Positions 8,353-16,816 of a stretch of DNA of 48,498 nt are shown piece after piece (the stretch's first letter is position 1; each line of letters opens with the position of its first letter). The position numbers and the translations under genes are program-made. The stretch comes from Clostridia bacterium (GTDB lineage: Bacteria > Bacillota > Clostridia > Oscillospirales > CAG-272): the NCBI GenBank assembly GCA_017507145.1, contig JAFWBJ010000076.1, positions 1 to 48,498 of the forward strand. The letters are read 5' to 3'. The notes under the pieces are model-generated. The model worked only from the letters and a program-made list of their open reading frames with translations, was not told where the DNA came from and did no database searches.

Positions 8353-10563
8353 ATGAAACTGATGTATGACCTCCCTGAGCAGGACGAGCGCGCCTTTGCG
8401 GCGGCCGTCGGCGAGGGAGAAAAACGGATGTACTGCCTGCCCTACAACATCGAGGTCGATCGCTTCGTGTCGGGGTGGATGGTCTTCACCGATCAGTACA
8501 TCTATAAGATCCTCGACGGGGAGCTGCTCGAGAAGTACAAAATGTCCGATCTCTCGGATTTTGCCACCGAGAACCTCTACGGCAGCTGCGCCTTCTACGC
8601 CAAGGAGAATGGCGTCTCCAAGCTGCTCTGCCGCTTCATCTCGGGCCGCAACCTGCCGCGCTATTCGGTTATGGTCAAGGCCTGCGAGATCCTCGCCGCG
8701 GGCGGCAGCAAGGAACCGCTGACCAACAGTGAGCCCGAGCGCTATTGCCCCAAGTGCGGTCGGCCCTTCGTCGTCCATACCAAGATCTGCCCCTTCTGCC
8801 AGGACAAGAAGGAAGTCTACCGCAAACTCTGGGCTATGACCAAGGGCCTGCGGCTGATGATGCTTTTCCCGTTGATTGCGGCAGCGTTCGCGATGGCCTT
8901 CCGCTTTATCGTTCCCGCCGTCCAGCGCTACGCCATCGATAACTTCATCGAGCCGGCACTGGGCATCAAGCGGGGAAGCATGGCAGAATTTTTGCTCATT
9001 GTTGTGGCGATTGTCTCGCTCGACATCTGCCACCGCGCCATCGACGTGGTCAAGCAGCGCATGGCGGCCTATTCGGGTAATAAATTCACCCTCATGCTCC
9101 GCGCACTGCTCTTCGAGAAGATTCAGACGCTGTCGATGTCATCGGTGCAGAAAAAGTCGACCGGCGACCTTATGGGCCGCATCAACAACGACGTCGCGGC
9201 CGTGCAGACCTTCATCACCGGCCACCTGCCGACCTACTTCTCCCAGCTCTTTTCCTTCATTCTTGCGTTGGTTTTGCTGCTGTGGCTCAATCCGCTGATG
9301 TGCCTCTTCGTCTTCATCCCGCTGCCGCTGACGGTCTACATCATCGTTCGCTTCTGGGACATCGTCCGCCATCGCAACGTCCATGCCTGGATCATTACCA
9401 ACCGCACCAACCGCCACCTGCAGGATATCCTCAACGGTATCCGCGTGGTCAAGGCATTCGGCAGCGAGGAGCGCGAGATCGTTCGCTTTGAGCAGCACAC
9501 CGAGCGTCAGGCCGCGCAGGATGAATCGAACGCAAAGCTTTTTGATACCGTCTTCCCGCTGCTCGGCTTCATGCTGCGGTTCGGTAACTACCTCATCCTG
9601 CTCTACGGTAACCTCAAGGTCTTTGGTGGTACGATGAGCATCGGCGCGCTGAACCAGTTCAAGAGCTACGCAACGATCATCTACGAGCCGATGATGCAGA
9701 TCACCGCCATCCCGCGTAACATCTCGGCCTTCCTCACCTCGCTCGGCAAGGTCTTTGAGATCCTCGAGGAGGAGCCCGAAGTCGCCGATATCGGCCTGCC
9801 GATCGATATCGCCATCGAGGGCGACATCAGCATCCGCAACGTCACCTTCGGCTACGACAGCTACAACCCCGTGCTTGAGAACATCAACCTCGAGGTCAAG
9901 CAGGGGGAGATGATCGGTATCGTCGGTCATTCGGGCTGCGGCAAGACCACGCTGATCAATCTGCTGATGCGTCTGTACGACGTCACCGAGGGCGCGATTT
10001 TCATCGACGACGTCAACATCAAGGATATCTCGCAGAACGCCCTGCGCTCGCAGATCGGCGTTGTGCTGCAGGAGACCCACCTTTTCTCCGGCTCGGTGCG
10101 CGACAATATCCGCTATTCCAAGCCGCACGCCACCAACGAGGAGGTCATCCAGGCCGCCCGCCTCGCCAATGCGCACGACTTCATCATCAACCTGCCCGAG
10201 GGCTATAATACAATGGTCGGCGAGAAGGGCTTCTCGCTCTCCGGCGGCGAGCGTCAGCGTATCGCCATCGCCCGTGCGCTGATCCACAATCCGCGCATCC
10301 TGATCCTCGACGAAGCAACTGCGGCGCTCGATACCGAGACCGAGAAACTGATCCAGGACGCCATCAACAAGCTGACGCAAGGCCGTACCACCTTCTCGAT
10401 TGCGCACCGTCTCTCGACCCTGCGCAATGCCGATAAGCTGATCGTGCTTGACCGCGGCAAGGTAGCCGAGTTCGGCACCCACAGCGAGCTGCTCGAGGAG
10501 CGCGGCATCTACTACAAGCTTGTCATGGCGCAGCAGCGCGCCGCCCTGCAGAAGCAGAATTAA
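8353..10563 (+). CDS. ABC exporter half-transporter (TMD-NBD) with an N-terminal cytosolic domain of about 160 aa ending in a zinc ribbon
   Basis: AAGGAG RBS. The N-terminal region has CPKCGRPFVVHTKICPFC, followed by the TMD. NBD motifs are GHSGCGKTT, LSGGERQR and ILILDEATAALD. Confidence 0.9.
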   Translation: MKLMYDLPEQDERAFAAAVGEGEKRMYCLPYNIEVDRFVSGWMVFTDQYIYKILDGELLEKYKMSDLSDFATENLYGSCAFYAKENGVSKLLCRFISGRNLPRYSVMVKACEILAAGGSKEPLTNSEPERYCPKCGRPFVVHTKICPFCQDKKEVYRKLWAMTKGLRLMMLFPLIAAAFAMAFRFIVPAVQRYAIDNFIEPALGIKRGSMAEFLLIVVAIVSLDICHRAIDVVKQRMAAYSGNKFTLMLRALLFEKIQTLSMSSVQKKSTGDLMGRINNDVAAVQTFITGHLPTYFSQLFSFILALVLLLWLNPLMCLFVFIPLPLTVYIIVRFWDIVRHRNVHAWIITNRTNRHLQDILNGIRVVKAFGSEEREIVRFEQHTERQAAQDESNAKLFDTVFPLLGFMLRFGNYLILLYGNLKVFGGTMSIGALNQFKSYATIIYEPMMQITAIPRNISAFLTSLGKVFEILEEEPEVADIGLPIDIAIEGDISIRNVTFGYDSYNPVLENINLEVKQGEMIGIVGHSGCGKTTLINLLMRLYDVTEGAIFIDDVNIKDISQNALRSQIGVVLQETHLFSGSVRDNIRYSKPHATNEEVIQAARLANAHDFIINLPEGYNTMVGEKGFSLSGGERQRIAIARALIHNPRILILDEATAALDTETEKLIQDAINKLTQGRTTFSIAHRLSTLRNADKLIVLDRGKVAEFGTHSELLEERGIYYKLVMAQQRAALQKQN

Positions 10564-10574
10564 ATCAAAATCAT

Positions 10575-10610
10575 GCAGAAGGAGCCGAACGGCTCCTTCT
10601 GCTTTTGCTT
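10575..10610 (+). terminator. intrinsic terminator after the ABC operon
   Basis: GCAGAAGGAGCC-gaac-GGCTCCTTCTGC followed by TTTTGCTT. Confidence 0.7.
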
Positions 10611-10670
10611 GGCGGTTGTAATCCGCCGACGGGATTCTACAAAACGGAGAAATTGTGATCGGTGCATCGA

Positions 10671-10699
10671 TTGACTCTACTCTCAGTTTGGTGTATAAT
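10671..10699 (+). promoter_or_regulatory. sigma-70-type promoter candidate for the XRE-XRE-sigma-antisigma unit
   Basis: TTGACT, 17 nt ending in TG, TATAAT. Confidence 0.6.
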
Positions 10700-10758
10700 G
10701 GATACAGCAAACGGAGGGCGCGCACCGAATGCCGAACTTGATCCATCAGGAGGAACAA

Positions 10759-11640
10759 ATGATGAATTTTGCACAAAAATTGGCCACCCTGCGCCGTGCG
10801 CGTGGGGAGACGCAGGAGCAGTTGGGCGAGGTGCTGGGCATCTCGGGGAAAACGGTCTCCAAATGGGAGGCGGCTGTGCGCGAGCCCGATCTGGGTATGT
10901 TAATGGCCATCGGTGCGCACTATGGGGTGAGCACCGACGAATTGCTGGGGCTCGCTTGTCCCCAAAGCGGCATGGCAATGCTGAAAGAGGAACTGGACGC
11001 TGAGCCGACTGCGGCGGCTAAGTTCAAGCGGTTCAGCCCGATCATGATGTCGCTGACCCGCATGATGGTGAACAGCATCGGCCGGGAACAGGGGGAGCGC
11101 TGCGCCGATGCGGTGCCTGCCCCCGATGAACAGTACGGCGACTACCGCTCGGTGATTCAGCACCCGATGGGGACACTGGTCTGCTACAACATGCGCGAGA
11201 CGCAGGTGGCGGCTCAGGTTTGGCGCAACGAGGCCGATTTTGCCTGGATCTATGACGATCGCGCGCGCATGGCCGACTATTTCGCCTGGCTTGGTGACCC
11301 CGACACGCTGGCGCTTTTGTATGTGCTGGAGCGCGCTGACTTTTCCGCCGACTTCACCGCCGCATATGCCGCCGAGCAGGCGGGAATCGATGCAGGGAAG
11401 GCCGAATTGATCTTGGAGAAAATGTTAGGCTGGCGGGGGTATGCAAAGAGCAGTGGCGTACTCAGCAAGAGTATGCTTGAGACGCCGGAGGGGAAGTGTG
11501 CCGTGTACACCTTCCACGGCTGCGGCACGACAATGGCCATTCTGTCGCTGGCTCGTGCGATGGTTCTGGGATGGAACTGCAACTGCACAGCCTACAATGA
11601 CAGCGGCAAAATGATTGGTGAGGAGGGACACAGAGGATGA
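10759..11640 (+). CDS. XRE-family helix-turn-helix regulator with a C-terminal domain of about 220 aa of unknown function
   Basis: AGGAGG at 10748-10753, then ATGATG (start 10759 or 10762). The N-terminus FAQKLATLRRARGETQEQLGEVLGISGKTVSKWEAAVREPDLGMLMAIGAHYGVSTDELLG is a classic HTH_3 domain. Confidence 0.8.
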   Translation: MMNFAQKLATLRRARGETQEQLGEVLGISGKTVSKWEAAVREPDLGMLMAIGAHYGVSTDELLGLACPQSGMAMLKEELDAEPTAAAKFKRFSPIMMSLTRMMVNSIGREQGERCADAVPAPDEQYGDYRSVIQHPMGTLVCYNMRETQVAAQVWRNEADFAWIYDDRARMADYFAWLGDPDTLALLYVLERADFSADFTAAYAAEQAGIDAGKAELILEKMLGWRGYAKSSGVLSKSMLETPEGKCAVYTFHGCGTTMAILSLARAMVLGWNCNCTAYNDSGKMIGEEGHRG

Positions 11641-12461
11641 TCGGCAACGCGATCCGCCAAGCGCGGAAAAAGCTGGGGATGACCCAGGAGATGTTGGGCG
11701 AGCGAATCGGCGTTTCGGCGCAGGCTGTTTCCAAGTGGGAAAACGACAACGCACTTCCCGATACGGCCATGCTCTGTGATCTGGCCGACGCGCTGTCGGT
11801 TTCGCTGGACGAGCTGTTCGGCCGGACTGCCGGGCAGGAAGAGGACGTTATCAACAGCTTATACCGCTATTACGCTGCGCAGGGCGGTGTTTCGTTTGAC
11901 GACGTCTGGAGACTGCTGTTTCACGCCTACATGCTGACCTGGGGCGGTGATCGGATCAGGGAGACGCCGGAGCTGCTGCGCGACACACGGTGTCAGTATT
12001 GGCGCGATGACGGCATTGCCCACGCCGCGTATTTTGCCGGGCGAGCGTTTTTTGTCGCTGCACCGATCCCCAAAGGTGGCTTTGGGGAGGTGCTGGATGA
12101 CAATCCCGAGATCCGCGCCATGCTGACCGCGCTCGGCGATGCCGATACTTACCGTGCCGTGCATTGGCTCTATGGCCATGAGGATCGCTATCGCTTTCTC
12201 TTCCCGGTGCTGATGCGGGATGCCGCCATCCCACCCGAAGTCGAAGAAACGGTGAAGAAGAACCTGGAGGCGCTGAGGCTGATCCGTGCCGTGCCCATTG
12301 TGATCGACGGCAAACAGCAGATCACCTACCAGTATTGCCAAAGATTCGAGTATGCCATGATCTGGCTGATGCTCCGCGATTCCATGAGTGCCAGCCACTA
12401 CAATTATCAGCAGCGCGGCACAACTGTACCGTTGGTGAAAAAATTTTCGTCAGAGCCGTAA
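11637..12461 (+). CDS. XRE-family helix-turn-helix regulator, paralogue of the preceding gene
   Basis: ATGA start/stop overlap with the upstream gene. N-terminus IRQARKKLGMTQEMLGERIGVSAQAVSKWENDNALPDTAMLCDLADALSVSLDELFG. The C-terminal region shares an LGD.DT...L motif layout with the upstream protein. Confidence 0.8.
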   Translation: MIGNAIRQARKKLGMTQEMLGERIGVSAQAVSKWENDNALPDTAMLCDLADALSVSLDELFGRTAGQEEDVINSLYRYYAAQGGVSFDDVWRLLFHAYMLTWGGDRIRETPELLRDTRCQYWRDDGIAHAAYFAGRAFFVAAPIPKGGFGEVLDDNPEIRAMLTALGDADTYRAVHWLYGHEDRYRFLFPVLMRDAAIPPEVEETVKKNLEALRLIRAVPIVIDGKQQITYQYCQRFEYAMIWLMLRDSMSASHYNYQQRGTTVPLVKKFSSEP

Positions 12462-12509
12462 CCTTTTCTGTTTTTTTCGGTTCATATGGATGAAAGGAGC
12501 TGAGCACGC

Positions 12510-13049
12510 ATGGACGATTCCGCTATCATTACCCTCTACGAAGCGCGCGACGAAGCCGCCATCGACGCCACCGCGCGGCAGTACGGTCACCTGTGCGTTT
12601 CGATCGCGCAGGGAATCCTCGGCAGCCGCGAGGACGCCGAGGAGTGTGCCGCTGACGCTTATCTGCGGCTTTGGAACGCCATCCCGCCGGCCAAGCCCGA
12701 GTCGCTCTCAGGCTACCTCGGACGCATCGTGCGCAACCTCGCGCTCAATGCCGCCGAGAAGCGTCAGGCGCAGAAGCGGGGCGGGGAGGTGCTTCCTTTG
12801 CTTGAAGAGCTGAGCGAATGTTTACCTGCCGCCGAGCCGGAAGGGGAGATCGACGCCATTCTCGACCGCTTCCTTGCCGGTCTGCCAGACGAAAACCGCC
12901 GTCTGTTTTTGCGGCGATATTGGTACTGCGACAGCACGCGCACACTTGCCCGCCGGTTCGGCCTCGGCGAGGGAGCCGTCAAGCTTCGTCTGCACCGCAT
13001 GCGTGAGGCGCTTCGCCGTGAACTGGAAAAGGAGGGAATTGATGTATGA
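12510..13049 (+). CDS. ECF-type RNA polymerase sigma-70 family factor
   Basis: AAAGGAG RBS. Region-2-like ..DAEECAADAYLRLWNAIPP..SLSGYLGRIVRNLALN. Region-4-like ..LPDENRRLFLRRYWYCDSTRTLARRFGLGEGAVKLRLHRMREALRREL. Confidence 0.85.
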   Translation: MDDSAIITLYEARDEAAIDATARQYGHLCVSIAQGILGSREDAEECAADAYLRLWNAIPPAKPESLSGYLGRIVRNLALNAAEKRQAQKRGGEVLPLLEELSECLPAAEPEGEIDAILDRFLAGLPDENRRLFLRRYWYCDSTRTLARRFGLGEGAVKLRLHRMREALRRELEKEGIDV

Positions 13050-14110
13050 CCAAGCAAGACCTGTTTGTCTCGATCGGCGAGGTGCGCGAGGAATGGATCG
13101 CCGACGCCGGCGAGGAAAATTTGCGCTGTGCGACGCGTGCCAAACGTGTGGGGCGGCTTGCGCGGCGCCTCGGCGCGATTGCGGCCTGCCTTGCCATTCT
13201 GTTGGTTGGCGGATACCGCTTTATCAACTGGTATTTCCCGTTGGGGGCCCATGAGCAGGTCCTGCGCCTGACCCCAATCGTCATGCACAACCGCTTCATG
13301 CAGTATGAACTTGTCCGCCTCGGTGACGGGCAGGAGACCATGCTTCCCCATAGACGGGGCGAATATGTGGGCAATCTGCAGGGGCGTGAGGTGTGGCGTC
13401 TGCGGGGGCGGGAAGACTATGCCGAGCTGATCATTCGGAACGGTGAGCAGTGGCAGTTGGTACGCTTCAACGAATACAGCGCTTTCGCCGAGGGGGCAAA
13501 CCTGGAATGGGGCATGTACGCCGACTGGGTTTACGCCACCCTGCTGTCCCCGGAGGAATGGGCCAAAATCGATACAACCGCCTACACCCTCGGCGAGGTC
13601 CTGCACGATATCTACGCCGCAGACAGCGCTGACGATATCGCATGGGTGCGCTTTGAGAAAAGCGGCATCGATAACACGCAGGTCGGGCAGTCGGTGAAGG
13701 TGCAGACGGTAACCCTGCGGGATGCTGAATCGATCACGCAGGTTTGGGAGATTCTCGTCGGCCTGGAGCCGTTTGACGACTTCCGCTTCGAACGTCCTCA
13801 GCCTGCGGTAACCAAGCCCGATGTCCTCGCCGTGCAGACGGTGCGGGACGTGACTGTGCGCTTCCGGAACGGGGCAGAGTTGACCTTTGAATACAATCCC
13901 GCCGGCGGTGAGGACTGTGGCCTCCTCTACCGTGTAGAGGGACACAGCCCCTATTACCTCACCATTGCGCAGAACCACACCCTCATCGACCTTGCGGGCA
14001 TCAGCTTTGCGCCGACCCCCATCCCCGAAACCGACCCGCCCAGGGGCTTGTCGGAGACGGCGACTGTCCGCCCGCCCGAGACGGCCGCACCCGAGACAAT
14101 CCCCGAATAA
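13046..14110 (+). CDS. putative membrane-anchored anti-sigma factor / sensor (single TM, large extracytoplasmic domain)
   Basis: ATGA overlap with the sigma gene. Short N-terminal cytosolic segment, TM helix LGAIAACLAILLVGGY, an external domain of about 290 aa and a Pro-rich tail. The call rests on position and topology only. Confidence 0.5.
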   Translation: MTKQDLFVSIGEVREEWIADAGEENLRCATRAKRVGRLARRLGAIAACLAILLVGGYRFINWYFPLGAHEQVLRLTPIVMHNRFMQYELVRLGDGQETMLPHRRGEYVGNLQGREVWRLRGREDYAELIIRNGEQWQLVRFNEYSAFAEGANLEWGMYADWVYATLLSPEEWAKIDTTAYTLGEVLHDIYAADSADDIAWVRFEKSGIDNTQVGQSVKVQTVTLRDAESITQVWEILVGLEPFDDFRFERPQPAVTKPDVLAVQTVRDVTVRFRNGAELTFEYNPAGGEDCGLLYRVEGHSPYYLTIAQNHTLIDLAGISFAPTPIPETDPPRGLSETATVRPPETAAPETIPE

Positions 14111-14114
14111 ACGA

Positions 14115-14145
14115 AAGAAGAGCGAACCGTGGTTCGCTCTTCTCG
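14115..14145. terminator. bidirectional hairpin terminator between convergent genes
   Basis: GAAGAGCGAACC-gt-GGTTCGCTCTTC, flanked by an A-run on the left and T/C-rich sequence on the right. Confidence 0.6.
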
Positions 14146-14149
14146 CATA

Positions 14150-15199
14150 TTATTCGTTTGCCGGCTCAAGCACCGGTGCCTCAGCGGCAGCGGCGGCTGC
14201 CTTCTTGCGGCGTCCTCCGCGGTGACGGCGGCGACGGCGGCGGGGCTTATCCCCGTCCTCATCCCCCCGTGCCAGCGACGGATCGCGGCTGATAAAGGCT
14301 TCGTATTTTTCGTCGTAGTAGGCTTTGACCTCGTCGGTCGCTTTGTAAATGGTCTTGCAGGCCTTCAGAATCCCGCCGCCCCCCTTGAAGAACTGCACGC
14401 GCACCATGTAGTCGCCATGGTCGTCGCAGTGGCAGAGCGCGATCTTCTTGCTCCCGCTTTGCTTGACCCAAAGGGGGTAGGGCATGCATCTTCCGCAGAC
14501 CGGGCAGGTGACACGGGCAATTTTGGGGTCAGCCAGTGCGGCCTGACGGCTCTCAAATCCGCTGTACAGGCTGCTCTGCATGTGCGTGAAATAGCCGCCA
14601 AGATCAAATTTTCCCTCGCTGCCGTACTCGGCGATGCCGCGCTGCAGATCAAGCTTCATGCAGACCAGGGCAGTATAGTAGGCATCGTTGAGGGCATCGT
14701 GTGCCGGGCGGTCCTCTTCCTGTGCGATCTCAAAATGCTCCATCGCCAGCGAGAGGGCGCGCTGCTGCTTGAGCCCGTCGGTTTGTGCATTGTAGATGGG
14801 CTGCAGGTCGTAGCAATCGGTGATCCATTTCGCGTCGATGTTGTGCACGAAGAGGTTGTCAAGGAGCATCGGAATATCGTCCCGGCCCCAGGTGAGCAGA
14901 ACGCAGGGATTTCCGCACCAGATGCGGAAATCGAAAATGGCCTCGGGGAAGGCGCGGCCGCAGGCGATCTCTTCCTGCGTCAGACCGGTTACCTTTTTGA
15001 CGCCTCGGTGCAGCTTGGTATAATATGTGGGCGCGATCGTTTCCTTAAATTCGTCAATGATCTCCAGCCGGCCGCTGTCATCGCTGAGCATCACCGCACC
15101 GATCTGAATGATCTCTCCGATCAGCGGAAAGGGGGCGCGGTCCACGCATTTCGGTGCGTAGGGCTGGTTCCACTCCATGTCCAGTACAATGTAATTCAT
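14150..15199 (-). CDS. DEDDh (DnaQ-like) 3'-5' exonuclease domain protein with a C-terminal Cys/His cluster and a poly-Arg tail
   Basis: Exo motifs: IVLDMEWN (Exo I), LLTWGRDDIPML (Exo II), HDALNDAYYTA (Exo III, His type). Then CPVCGRC..CHCDDH and a ..KPRRRRRRHRGGRRKKAAAAAA tail. Confidence 0.8.
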   Translation of the reverse strand: MNYIVLDMEWNQPYAPKCVDRAPFPLIGEIIQIGAVMLSDDSGRLEIIDEFKETIAPTYYTKLHRGVKKVTGLTQEEIACGRAFPEAIFDFRIWCGNPCVLLTWGRDDIPMLLDNLFVHNIDAKWITDCYDLQPIYNAQTDGLKQQRALSLAMEHFEIAQEEDRPAHDALNDAYYTALVCMKLDLQRGIAEYGSEGKFDLGGYFTHMQSSLYSGFESRQAALADPKIARVTCPVCGRCMPYPLWVKQSGSKKIALCHCDDHGDYMVRVQFFKGGGGILKACKTIYKATDEVKAYYDEKYEAFISRDPSLARGDEDGDKPRRRRRRHRGGRRKKAAAAAAEAPVLEPANE

Positions 15200-15300
15200 C
15201 TGTGTACATAATCCGTTTCTGTATCGTAATCCCGAATGGGTAGAGTTCCACCTAACAGTATACCATAAAAGTCGGCATAAGGGAAGAGCTTTTGTCGATT

Positions 15301-15876
15301 TTATTGCGGATTTTGCTGGAATTCTTCATGCGCGGCGATCAGATCCCGGCAAAGTGCGTGCAATGCGGCCATTGCGGTGGTATCATCAGCGGCCGGCGTG
15401 GTGTCGGTGGCGGCCGCGCAAACTGTGCCGACATGCGTAGCGTGCATGCAGCGCAGAAGCCCAACCGCGATCTCTTCTGCCGGCGCAGGCGAACCGTTTC
15501 CGCCGGCGCTGAGCAGAACCGCACCGACCTTGGGGCGGGTGATCAGCCGCACGCCGTGAAAGCGCCCGGCCGTATACAGCACCTGCAGGCGGCTGAGCAG
15601 CGAGAGCAGGGGCCCGGTCAGCATCGAATAATATACCGGCGAGGCGATGATGATGCAGTCGGCATCGGCAATGCGGTGCAGCAGATCGTGCATGCCGTCA
15701 TCAAAGATGCAGCCCGGTGTCTTCCAGCAATGCCGGCAATCGATGCAGGGGCGAATGTCGGTGCGATAAGCATCGACGGTCTCGACCACACCGGGCAGGC
15801 CGGCTGAGAGCGTGCGGATCATCGCGGCAGTATCCCCGTTTGCATGCGGCGAACCGTTAAAAATCAGCGTCTTCAT
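15301..15876 (-). CDS. flavodoxin-like fold NAD(P)H-dependent FMN oxidoreductase (iron-sulfur flavoprotein-like)
   Basis: Start at MKTLIFNGSPHANGDT (ATGA overlap with the upstream SDR stop). Contains ..CIDCRHCWKTPGC.. and ..IIIASPVYYSMLTGPL. Confidence 0.75.
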   Translation of the reverse strand: MKTLIFNGSPHANGDTAAMIRTLSAGLPGVVETVDAYRTDIRPCIDCRHCWKTPGCIFDDGMHDLLHRIADADCIIIASPVYYSMLTGPLLSLLSRLQVLYTAGRFHGVRLITRPKVGAVLLSAGGNGSPAPAEEIAVGLLRCMHATHVGTVCAAATDTTPAADDTTAMAALHALCRDLIAAHEEFQQNPQ

Positions 15877-16649
15877 CGCGGCAGCCCCTGCTGGCGCATC
15901 CAAATCGACATAATCAGCTTATGCGGCGCGAATTTCACCAGGCGAACCTGCCAGCGCACCGGTACGCCGAGGATGGAGACATCCTTGCCGCGCTTCATGT
16001 CCCGCAGGGCACGGCGCACGACGTCCGCCGACGCATACAGCGGCTTGGTGTAGGGGATCACCCGCTCATCGGCAGTTTCAGCGCGCGAGAAAAACTCCGT
16101 TTTGACCCAGCCGGGAGAGACCGCCATGATGCGAATCCCACGCGGCTTCACCTCGACTGCCATACTGCGGCTGTAGCTGAGCACAAAGGCCTTGGATGCG
16201 GCGTACACGCTCATGTATGGTACCGGCTGAAAGGCCGAGAGCGAGTCGATTTCATAGATTTGCGCGCCTTTCTGCATGTAGGGCAGAGTCAGCTCGGTGA
16301 CGGCCACCAGCGCGCGGCAGTTGAGGTCGATCATGCCTAGCGTTTCGTCGAGCGGGATGGTGTCGTGCCGGCCGAATTTTCCGTATCCGCTGGCGTTGAC
16401 CAGCACGGCTACATTCGGCTGCTCTGCCTCCAGCAGCGCGCGGTATTGGGCAATGCTGTCAGGGGCGGTCAGATCCATCGCCAGCACGCGCAGCGGGGTG
16501 GAGACGGACGCTCGCAGCGCTTCCAAGCGGTCAGCGCGCCGTGCAATGACCCAGATCTCATCAAAACGCTCGCTGGCATCCAGCTGCAGAACGAAGTCGC
16601 GCCCCATGCCCGAGGAGGCGCCGGTAATGATGGCAATACGGTTGCTCAT
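15873..16649 (-). CDS. SDR-family short-chain dehydrogenase/reductase
   Basis: Start MSNRIAIITGASSGMGRDF (TGxxxGxG) after an AAAGGA RBS. Also NASGYG and YAASKAF (YxxxK). Confidence 0.85.
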   Translation of the reverse strand: MSNRIAIITGASSGMGRDFVLQLDASERFDEIWVIARRADRLEALRASVSTPLRVLAMDLTAPDSIAQYRALLEAEQPNVAVLVNASGYGKFGRHDTIPLDETLGMIDLNCRALVAVTELTLPYMQKGAQIYEIDSLSAFQPVPYMSVYAASKAFVLSYSRSMAVEVKPRGIRIMAVSPGWVKTEFFSRAETADERVIPYTKPLYASADVVRRALRDMKRGKDVSILGVPVRWQVRLVKFAPHKLIMSIWMRQQGLPR

Positions 16650-16816
16650 GGTAGTATCCTTTCGATGACGGTGTAGATATGTCTCTATTATACCGCATTT
16701 GGCGCCGCACTGCAAGATTTTGGGACAAACTTTCCCATTTCCCTTGACTTGCAGGGGATTTTGTGGTAAAAATATAGTAGAGATTTTCCGCAGCCGGATC
16801 AGATGGGGAGGTATCT

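Noticed and set aside
14190-14250. GCG/GCC-rich tract as a possible independent tandem repeat or regulatory element.
   Set aside because: It is in frame within the exonuclease gene and encodes the poly-Arg/poly-Ala tail. There is no evidence for a separate function beyond possible length variation.
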